From: Candidatus Anaeroferrophillacea bacterium
GTDB taxonomy: Bacteria > Desulfobacterota > Anaeroferrophillalia > Anaeroferrophillales > Anaeroferrophillaceae
Length of the DNA stretch: 64,000 bases
Assembly: GCA_016933675.1 (NCBI GenBank)
Contig: JAFGAM010000014.1
Coordinates: 47,727-111,726 of the forward strand
Direction: 5' to 3'
A program made the translations under genes and the position numbers. The notes under the pieces were generated by a model, which saw nothing but the letters and a program-made list of their open reading frames with translations, was not told the DNA's origin and made no database searches. Shown here in pieces: positions 9,215-17,500 of the stretch. Each line of letters opens with the position of its first letter. The stretch's first letter is position 1.

Positions 9215-9697
9215 CTAATGGTACAACATGTCCGTATCGGTTTCAAGATAGTGCAGCAGGCGCTGCCGGTCCTCCTGCTCCGCCGGGCTGAACATCGCCA
9301 CCATGGCGGAAATCATCTTGATGTCATCCACGTCGACACCGTGGGTGTCCAGCAGCATGGTCTGGTCGATGATCTCCTCCAGCATCGGCGCATCCACCAA
9401 GTCGAGGTTGTAGAGCCGCAGCAGATAGCCCCGGGCGGCGTTGCTGAGCATTTGCTTCTCTTCGGCGGTAAAGATGCGGACATAGTCGCCGTGCATCTGG
9501 CTGAGCAGCGGCTGGTGGCTTGGCCGCCCACTGCCGGAAAGGTTCGCCAGCCAGGTGAAAGCGGCCTCGATCTCCCCGGGCTCGAACCCGAGCGACATGA
9601 GATCCTCGCCGATCTCCTCTTCGCTGTCGAAAACGTCAATCTCCTCGAGAATATACTGGGAAATGATCCCGATGATGGTCAACATGCGCTGAAACAT
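9215..9697 (-). CDS. smg: Smg (DUF494) protein
   Basis: Start moved to ATG 9697 (MFQRMLTIIGIISQYILEE), 5 nt after GGAGG. Sits in the conserved dprA-smg-topA neighbourhood. Confidence 0.8.
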   Translation of the reverse strand: MFQRMLTIIGIISQYILEEIDVFDSEEEIGEDLMSLGFEPGEIEAAFTWLANLSGSGRPSHQPLLSQMHGDYVRIFTAEEKQMLSNAARGYLLRLYNLDLVDAPMLEEIIDQTMLLDTHGVDVDDIKMISAMVAMFSPAEQEDRQRLLHYLETDTDMLYH

Positions 9698-9772
9698 CAA
9701 AACCTCCATGCAAATTGGTCGGCAGCCGCTTTTCGAGGGACGAAACAACGCCCAAAACGCCCTCACCGCAGT

Positions 9773-10888
9773 TCAGGACCGCAACCAGGCCTGATCCACG
9801 TTATATCTGCCGCTGTCATCGCGAAACACCCCGCCGCCAAGTTCCATCTCCAGCAGGCGGGCACTCAGGGTGGCATGATCCCAGTCCAGCACCTCGATCA
9901 GGTCATCGACACTGCGCGGCCCGTCGGCCAGGATCGCCGCCAGGCGGCACTGCTCCGGGGTCGGCGCCGGCCGGCCACCGGCCGGCGGCACGGAAGCCGG
10001 CGCCGATGTCGACCAGCGGGGAAAGGCGGCGAAGATATCGTCGGCACGTTCCACCAGTTGCGCCCCTTCCTTCAGGAGCCAGTGGGTGCCCTGCACCGAC
10101 GGACTGCCGGGCAGCCCCGGGACGGCGAAGACCTCGCGTCCCTGATCGAGGGCGCAACGGGCGGTGATCAGGGTGCCACTTTTCCGCGACGCCTCCACCA
10201 CCACCACCCCGTCGGCCAGACCGCTGATGAGGCGGTTGCGCCGGGGAAAGTTGCCGGGTTCGGGCCGGGTGCCGAGGGGCAGTTCGCTGAGCACGGCGCC
10301 ATCGCGGGCGATATCATCCGCCAACCGGTGATGGCGGGCAGGATAGACGACATCGAGGCCCGAACCCATTACCGCCACGGTCAGACCGTTTTCCGCCAAG
10401 CAGCCGGCGTGGGCTTCGGCATCGATGCCGAGCGCCATGCCGCTGACCACCGCGACCCCGCGGCGCGCCAGTTCCCCGGCCAGACGAAAGGCGAACCGGC
10501 GACCGTGGGCAGTGGCCCGGCGGGAGCCGACCACCGCGATCACCGGCCGGTCGTCGGTCGGCAGGCGGCCTCTACAGTAAAGTATCGGCGGCGGATCGTA
10601 GATGTTGAACAGCCTTTCAGGATAGCGCTCATCCCCGAGGGGGATGAGTTCGAACCCCAGCCGAGTCGCCGTTTCACGTTCCCGGGCCACCGCGTCCCAG
10701 GCGGAGAACCCGGCAATCTCCCGGGCCACGGGCAGGCGAATGCCGGCCTTCTGGCACAGATCCTCGGGGGCGGCGGTCAATACCGTCCGCGGATCGGCAT
10801 ATGCCCGGCACAGGCGGGCACAGCCACGGGCACCCAGACCGGGTACCAGGGTCAGGGCCAACCAGATTTCAAGTAACGTCAGCGACAT
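9773..10888 (-). CDS. dprA: DNA processing protein DprA
   Basis: The ORF track gives 437 aa, but the first 66 codons lie in repeat copy R3. Start set at ATG 10888 (MSLTLLEIWLALTLVPGLG). Rossmann-like core GMALGIDAEAH...VVYPARH. Confidence 0.85.
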   Translation of the reverse strand: MSLTLLEIWLALTLVPGLGARGCARLCRAYADPRTVLTAAPEDLCQKAGIRLPVAREIAGFSAWDAVARERETATRLGFELIPLGDERYPERLFNIYDPPPILYCRGRLPTDDRPVIAVVGSRRATAHGRRFAFRLAGELARRGVAVVSGMALGIDAEAHAGCLAENGLTVAVMGSGLDVVYPARHHRLADDIARDGAVLSELPLGTRPEPGNFPRRNRLISGLADGVVVVEASRKSGTLITARCALDQGREVFAVPGLPGSPSVQGTHWLLKEGAQLVERADDIFAAFPRWSTSAPASVPPAGGRPAPTPEQCRLAAILADGPRSVDDLIEVLDWDHATLSARLLEMELGGGVFRDDSGRYNVDQAWLRS

Positions 10889-10939
10889 GGATAACCACGA
10901 TGGTATCAAAGAGACCGGGGAACCCCGACACGAAAAACG

Positions 10940-11112
10940 CCAATCCGGTAAAACCGTTGCCACCGCCGACACGCGGCAAAACGGGATGGCACCGAAACCA
11001 ATCCAGGTCAACGGCACGCAGAACCTGAAGAATGAGGCGTACATGGAAGTACGCCGCAATGATTCGGGAGCAGCGTAACGAAGCACATGGCGTTGTTATG
11101 AAGCCATCAAAT
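10940..11112 (-). repeat. intergenic element family, copy R3 (diverged)
   Basis: Minus strand reads TTGATGGCTTCATAACAAC (11092-11110) ... CTTCGTTACGCTGC ... GGTTTCGGTGCCATCCCG ... GGCAACGGTTTTACCGG. Confidence 0.6.
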
Positions 11113-11168
11113 TTGAGCCGTACTAAACTGAATAGTTTTTGTTAGTCAAGTTATTTTTTTATCATCTC

Positions 11169-11202
11169 AACATTTCCGCTGAACATTCCGCTGAACATTC
11201 CG
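11169..11202. repeat. three tandem AACATT(T)CCG units with 12-bp period
   Basis: aacatttccg ctg aacattccg ctg aacattccg, lying 40-70 bp upstream of the -24 element. Confidence 0.6.
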
Positions 11203-11240
11203 ATAGTCAGGGTAAGTACACCGGCACGCCGCAAGGCATA

Positions 11241-11256
11241 TGGCATATATTTTGCG
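11241..11256 (+). promoter_or_regulatory. candidate sigma54 (-24/-12) promoter of the minor-pilin operon
   Basis: TGGCATATATTTTGCG. GG and GC are spaced exactly as in the TGGCAC-N5-TTGC consensus. Lies 92 nt upstream of ATG 11348 in an AT-rich gap. Confidence 0.55.
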
Positions 11257-11347
11257 TTCATCAGCGATAAACAGTTCCCCGCGGCGAATTCATGCCCCGG
11301 ACAGGTGCCGCCGGTGTAACCTCGGTTACAAGGATGCAATTACCGTC

Positions 11348-11998
11348 ATGACCTCCCCGCAGTTCACCACCGGGACCACCGTGCCGACCGCCGCCCGACC
11401 CGATGCCGGGTTCACCATCGTCGAGCTCATGGTCACGGTGGCGGTGATCGCCATCATCGCCGGCTTCACCTTCGGCAACATGAATACCGCCAGCTACAAA
11501 CTCAGAACCGCCGCCCGGACGCTGAAGGCGAACATGCAGAAGGCCCGCCTGCTGGCGGTCAAGGAGAACTGTCCGGTATACCTGGATTTCGACTTCAATG
11601 ACGACTCGACCCTCGACCGCGGCTATACCCTGTGGCGGGACATCAACGGTAACGGCGCCTATGATGATGCCACTACTGACAACAACGGCGATGGCGTGAC
11701 CAACGCGGATGATGAAGAACTCGTTGAAACCGTCACTATTCAGGACACGATTGGATACGGTCATGTCGCTGCCGCCGACGGCGGACCCGCGCCGATCGGG
11801 GCGTCTTTCGATGACGGAGTCACCTACGGCAGCGATCAGGTTCGTTTTTCTCCTTCCGGGACGAGTTCCAGCGGCTTTATCTACGTGCATATACCACAAA
11901 ACGATGAAGCCGGCACCCACGCGGTCGGCACCAACAATATCGGTCGGGTGCGTTCGGCCTACAAGGCCACCGGTACCGATCCGGATGATTGGCGATGA
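11348..11998 (+). CDS. type IV minor pilin, GspH/FimT-like
   Basis: Prepilin motif G/FTIVELMVTVAVIAIIAG. The ATG at 11348 gives a 21-aa leader. A GTG about 33 nt downstream would give a 10-aa leader. Confidence 0.8.
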   Translation: MTSPQFTTGTTVPTAARPDAGFTIVELMVTVAVIAIIAGFTFGNMNTASYKLRTAARTLKANMQKARLLAVKENCPVYLDFDFNDDSTLDRGYTLWRDINGNGAYDDATTDNNGDGVTNADDEELVETVTIQDTIGYGHVAAADGGPAPIGASFDDGVTYGSDQVRFSPSGTSSSGFIYVHIPQNDEAGTHAVGTNNIGRVRSAYKATGTDPDDWR

Positions 11999-12957
11999 AA
12001 TCAATCAAACGAAAGGCGGGCTTCACCCTGGTTGAACTGATGGTGGTTCTGGCCATCCTCGGCATCGTGGTCGCCGGCGTACTGGGCCTCATGACTCGGC
12101 AAAACAAGGCCTACCACAGCGAAGAAGCAATTATCGACTTACAGATGAACGGGCGGGTGGCCATGGACCGCATATCGCGCATCCTGCGTATGGCCGGTTT
12201 CGGCTGTGCCGGCAACATTGGGGCGGGAAATCCCGTCAGCGGATTCACCACCATACTTACAGCGACCAATTCGAATTCTTCGCCCGACAGCTTGACGCTT
12301 ATCAGCGGTCTGCGACAGGTCGCCATTGTCGATGACGGCGACGGAACCCCCGGAGAAACCTTCGTCGCCTCCACCATTCCCATTGCCATGATCGACAATC
12401 TTTCCATCGGTGACTGCTTCGATGATGCCGCTGTTTACAAGCGCTACTTCTTCATCACTCCCCGACAGGAAAACACTTTCCGCGATATCGTCGCCGGCGG
12501 CGTCGGCGCCGGCACCATAACGACAAATACATCCCTTACGACTACCGAGGGGGACAACGTCTACACCGTCAGGCCATACACCATCGGCATCTACACCGAC
12601 AGTAACAACGTCGACTGCCTGGGCATCAACGACGGCAGCGGCAATGATGCCATCGCCGAGCACATTGAGAATCTCCAGTTCGAATACGGCTGGGATGCCG
12701 ACGACAACGGCATGATCGATGCCGCCGAATGGGTCGACGATCCCGCCGGCAATGAGGCCGATGTCCGCGCCGTCAGAGTCCTCCTGCTGTTCCGCTCGGC
12801 GCATCCTGATCGTGAGTTCGAGGACCGGAACGATGATGACCCGATTACCGTCGGCAGGCAATACACCCTGGCTGACCATGTCATCACGGACCCCGACGTA
12901 CATTTTCATCGTCACCTGATTCAAACGACCGTTTTCCTGCGGAACATGAACTTGTAG
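11995..12957 (+). CDS. pilW: type IV pilus minor pilin PilW
   Basis: MKSIKRKAGFTLVELMVVLAILGIV...LQMNGRVAMDRISRILRMAGFG. ATGA overlap with the upstream stop. Confidence 0.8.
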   Translation: MKSIKRKAGFTLVELMVVLAILGIVVAGVLGLMTRQNKAYHSEEAIIDLQMNGRVAMDRISRILRMAGFGCAGNIGAGNPVSGFTTILTATNSNSSPDSLTLISGLRQVAIVDDGDGTPGETFVASTIPIAMIDNLSIGDCFDDAAVYKRYFFITPRQENTFRDIVAGGVGAGTITTNTSLTTTEGDNVYTVRPYTIGIYTDSNNVDCLGINDGSGNDAIAEHIENLQFEYGWDADDNGMIDAAEWVDDPAGNEADVRAVRVLLLFRSAHPDREFEDRNDDDPITVGRQYTLADHVITDPDVHFHRHLIQTTVFLRNMNL

Positions 12958-12964
12958 GCATGAC

Positions 12965-13456
12965 ATGGCATTATCTCCTGGCATGAAAGCCATCCGTCCC
13001 AAATGCAGCCGCGGATTCACCCTCATCGAGCTGATGGTTTCGCTGGCGATTCTCGCCTTCGGCATTCTCGGCTTTCTGTTTCTCCAGGGGCGGGCCATCG
13101 AGGGGCGGGTTTTCGGGCGCGAGATGAGCCGGGCAACATTCGTCGCCGAAGGCTGTCTGGAAGGACTGCTCGCCCTCGATTACCATCACGGCCGGTTGTC
13201 AACCGAAGCCAACGGTGCCCCCCGCGCCCATCCCACTGCCGCGGAAGGCGGTACCGATGCCTTGGGCACCGGCACCCTGGTGGAGACCCATCCTCACGGC
13301 AATTTCGACTATTTCAGCAACTGGATCGTCACCGAACCGGTAGCCAATGCGGCCAAGGCGATGCAACTCACCGTCACCTGGCGCTTCAAGGATCCCGACA
13401 AGGGAATCCAGGAAAAAACCCTGGTAATGAACACCGTCAAAGCCATCGGACAATGA
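12965..13456 (+). CDS. pilV: type IV pilus minor pilin PilV
   Basis: RGFTLIELMVSLAILAFGILGFLFLQ. An alternative start at ATG 12983 (MKAIRPKCSRG/F) is equally plausible. Confidence 0.8.
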   Translation: MALSPGMKAIRPKCSRGFTLIELMVSLAILAFGILGFLFLQGRAIEGRVFGREMSRATFVAEGCLEGLLALDYHHGRLSTEANGAPRAHPTAAEGGTDALGTGTLVETHPHGNFDYFSNWIVTEPVANAAKAMQLTVTWRFKDPDKGIQEKTLVMNTVKAIGQ

Positions 13457-14058
13457 GACGCAAACGAATCAATCTACCCGACAAAAGGGGCATGGCCCTC
13501 GTGGTCTGCATGCTGATCATGGCGGTGATGGCCATGATCGGCGTCGGCATCGCCACCAACTCGACGGTGGAGATCAAGATCGCCGGCAACCAGCGCACCA
13601 AGGCCATCTCCTTCGGCAATGCCGATGCCGGCACGGAGGGCACCCCGGAAATCATCGAACAGAACATCGAGGCCGGCGACTGGCGCAGCGGACAAGACGG
13701 CACCTGGGATGCTGCCGGATACATCTTTCTGCAGACCGATTATAACGGTGACGGCACCAACGACCTGACGATTCACGTCAAGGATCATGGCGGCGGCAAG
13801 ATCGCTTTCGCCACCATCACCAGTGAAATCGATGATGCCGTGACCCTTTCGGACGGGGCTGCGGCTGAGGTTACCGTCGCCAAGGACGGCAACCTCGCCG
13901 CCGGCAGTGCCATCCAGATGGCCGCGGGATACGAAGGCATCGGCAAGGGCGCCGGTTCCGGCGGCTACCACGCCTACTACCTGTGCCGCAGCCGCGGTAC
14001 CGCAGGAAGCAACACCGCCACCACCACCGAGTACTATTACCGTCACGTCAGCAAGTAG
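13453..14058 (+). CDS. pilX: PilX-like pilus assembly protein
   Basis: Start at ATG 13453 forms an ATGA overlap with the pilV stop. PilX N-terminal pattern RGMALVVCMLIMAVMAMIGVGIATNSTVEIKIAGNQ. Confidence 0.75.
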   Translation: MRRKRINLPDKRGMALVVCMLIMAVMAMIGVGIATNSTVEIKIAGNQRTKAISFGNADAGTEGTPEIIEQNIEAGDWRSGQDGTWDAAGYIFLQTDYNGDGTNDLTIHVKDHGGGKIAFATITSEIDDAVTLSDGAAAEVTVAKDGNLAAGSAIQMAAGYEGIGKGAGSGGYHAYYLCRSRGTAGSNTATTTEYYYRHVSK

Positions 14059-14131
14059 GTGAGCGGGAATTCAGACGTCCGGCGTCCGGCGTCATAATTC
14101 GGGAGTCAGAATAAGGAACGGAAATCTTATC

Positions 14132-14485
14132 ATGAAGCAACAATCTGGCATTTTCCGCCGTCGCTTGCCGCTGGTGGTCGTTATCGCCCTTTTCCTGATT
14201 ACCCTGCCGGGCCTTGCCGCCCCGGTCGCCGCCCAGGGCATCTGGCGCGGCGGCATCATCACCCGTGTACCCTGGCTGGACAAGTACCGCTACATCGAGG
14301 TCGACGGCAAACGCTACACCTTCATGCCGGATACGGCCCTGCACCGGCAGGAACGGGACGCAAACGGCATGTATCACGAGATCCCCATTACCTTTCGCAA
14401 CATCCTGATCGGCCAGCAGGTGAAAATCAGTATCCAGGGTCGCCGAATTTATCAACTGCTGGTCGTCGGCCTTCCCGACCGGTAG
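14132..14485 (+). CDS. small secreted protein, unknown function
   Basis: 117 aa with signal peptide MKQQSGIFRRRLPLVVVIALFLITLPGLAAPVAAQG. Wedged between pilX and pilY1 on the same strand. Confidence 0.6.
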   Translation: MKQQSGIFRRRLPLVVVIALFLITLPGLAAPVAAQGIWRGGIITRVPWLDKYRYIEVDGKRYTFMPDTALHRQERDANGMYHEIPITFRNILIGQQVKISIQGRRIYQLLVVGLPDR

Positions 14486-14519
14486 CCACCTTGCGCAACA
14501 CCGGTTAAGGAGCAGAACC

Positions 14520-17500
14520 ATGCACCGCAAAATCATCATCCTGCTGGGTTGCCTGACGACCGTCCTGACCGTGGCGGCCGGCTTCCGGCCGCTCCCCGCC
14601 GGTGCCGTGAGCAAGGTTGACTACTCCCTGGTGCCGCCCTTCGTCTCCGCCGGGGTGCCGCCACTGGTAATGCTGGTCCTGGGCCGTGACCACAAACTCT
14701 ATTACGAGGCTTACAACGATGCCTCCGACCTGGACGGCGACGGCACCCTGGATGTGGGCTACAACCCCGCCATCGACTACTACGGCTATTTCGATTCCTA
14801 TAAGGAATACGTTTACGATTCCGCTGACAACCGCTTCGAACCGGTGGCCGAAACCGCCGACAAGAAGGTCAGCGCTGCGGGGCTCTGGAGCGGCGACTAC
14901 CTCAACTATCTCACCATGTCGCGTATGGACTGCCTGCGCAAGGTACTCTACGGCGGCTACCGGGAGACCGATACCGCCGGCGAGACCGTCCTGCGCCGGG
15001 CCTACATCCCCCAGGACGCCCACAGCTGGGGGAAGGAGTACGCCAGCATTGCCCGTGACGGCTACGACATCACCCAATACACCCCGCTGAGCCTGCCCGA
15101 CGCCGGCACCTACCATCTGTTTGCCTGCACCACCCTGGCGGACAACGGCGACTCCCTGCTCCGGGTGTTGCCCGACAACACCCACCGGATCTGGGAGTGG
15201 GTCGCCAAGGAGCGGCCGGTTTGCGACAGTTCCCTGGAAAGCGCCGGCGGCACCTATTCCGGCTATCCCGCCGACCATAGCGCATACGAAGACATGGTGA
15301 TGCAGTTTGCCACCGCCGCCCACCTGCAGGGCTCGGGCGTACCAGCCAACGGTCAGATCAACGGCAGCGGCAACCCCTACGGCGGCGATGACTACTACCT
15401 GAATATCTTCACCGGCGAACTGAGCATCAGCACCGGCGGAACCTACCAGTTCGCCGTCGACGGTGACGACGCGGTGGAGGTGGTCATCGACGGCACCGTG
15501 GTCGCCGGCTGGTACAACGGTCACGGCGCATGTGGCTGCACAACCTATTCCGGCAACATCTCCCTTGACGCCGGCAGCCACGACATCGAGTTCCGCCACC
15601 AGGAGAGAACCGGCAGCGATTCTTATTACCTTCGCTGGAGCGGGCCGGACAGCGGCGGCACCTGGGAACTGGTCCCGGCAGCGGCGTTCTCCAGCCTGAT
15701 CCAGACGACCTATGACGTTCAGGTTCCGTCCTCGACCATTACCGATTACAAGGTACGGGTGCTGGTGGGCGACGCATCGATGCCCGAAGCCAACTGCAAG
15801 CTGTATCCCAATGGATCATATAAGCCTATCGGCCTGTTGCAGCGCAACGGCGAGTCGGAGCGGATGTACTTCGGCCTGATCACCGGCTCCTATGCTAGGA
15901 ACACCTCCGGCGGCGTACTGCGCAAGAATATCGGCCCGATCACCGACGAGATCGACCCCGACACCGGCCAGTTCACCGCGGTCAACGGCATCATCAGCAC
16001 GATCAACAAACTCCGGGTGGTCTGCTACGATTACGGCAGCAAATCCTACAACTGCAGCTGCGGCTGGATCACCTCCCGCGCCATCAACGAAGGCGAATGC
16101 CGCATGTGGGGCAACCCCGTGGGCGAGATGATGTACGAGGGGCTGCGTTATTTCGCCGGCAAGAGCGGCGGCACATCGGCCTTCCTTTACAGCGGCATCA
16201 CCGACGACGACACCCTCGGCCTGCCGCTGGCCACCTGGAATGATCCGTATAATGCGACCACCGGCTACGACTACTGCGCCAAGCCCTTCATGCTCGTTTT
16301 AAGCGACATCAACCCGTCCTACGACTCCGACCAGCTTCCCGGCAGCTATTTCAGCTCCTTCACCGGCGACGTCTCCGGCCTCGATGTCAGCTCCGAAGCC
16401 GCGGTGATCTCCTCCAACGAGGGCATCAGCGGCACCTATTACATCGGCCAGGTGGGCGCCACCTACGACGGCTCGCCGACCCCGAAAACCATTTCCAGCC
16501 TCGCCAACATCCGCGGCCTCTGCCCCGAGGAGCCCACCAAGCAGGGCAGCTACTATGCCGCCGCAGTGGCCTATTACGGCCGCACCACCGACGTCAGCAG
16601 CGCCACCGGTGAGCAGAATCTCGTGACCTACACCGTCGGTTTGGCCTCGCCCCTGCCCCGCATCGAGATCCCGGTGGCCGGCACGACCGTCACTCTGGTA
16701 CCGTTCGGCAAAACCGTGCAAGCCGGCGGCATGAGCCGGGCCGAAGGTGATTTTCAACCCACCAATACCATCGTCGACTTCTTCGTCGAAGCCATCACCC
16801 CGACCTACGGCAAGTTCCGTATCAATTTCGAGGACGTGGAACAGGGCGCCGATCACGACATGGACGCCATCGTCGAATACGAATACGTGGTCAATGCGGA
16901 CGATACGGTCACCGTTTCGCTTAATTGCCCGTATTCCTCGGCCGGTTACGTGCTGCACATGGGCTACGTCATCTCCGGCACCACCGCCGACGGCACCTAT
17001 CTTGAGGTGCTGGATTACGACAGCACAGGTGGTGACGTCGACTACTTCCTCGACACCCCGCCAGGGCAATCCCCCGGCGGTACCTGGAACGACGGTGCCG
17101 AACTGCCGCTGACCGCCACCCGGACCTTCACCCCCGGCGCCGCCGCCGGCGCCGGCCTGCTGGAGAACCCCCTGTGGTTCGCGGCCAAATACGGCGGCTT
17201 CGAAGAAAAGGAGGATATCGCCAACAACCTGCCCGACAGCAGCGACGAGTGGGACAAGGACAGCGACGGCACCCCCGATACCTATTTTTACGTCACCAAC
17301 CCGCTCAAACTGGAGGAACAGCTCAACAAGTCCTTCGCCGATATCCTGCGGCGCACCGCTTCGGGTACCGCGGCATCGGTCATCTCCAGCTCCCGTTCAG
17401 GTGAGGGCGCCATCTACCAGGCGATCTTCTACCCCGAGTTCAAGGGACCGCTGGGCAACACCGTTCACTGGGTCGGCAACATCAACTCCCTGTTCGTCGA

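Noticed and set aside
11151-11339. 62-aa minus-strand ORF in the pil promoter region
   Set aside because: It is AT-rich, and its GMFSGMFSG repeat is just the translated 12-bp tandem array. It has no RBS and overlaps the predicted sigma54 promoter.
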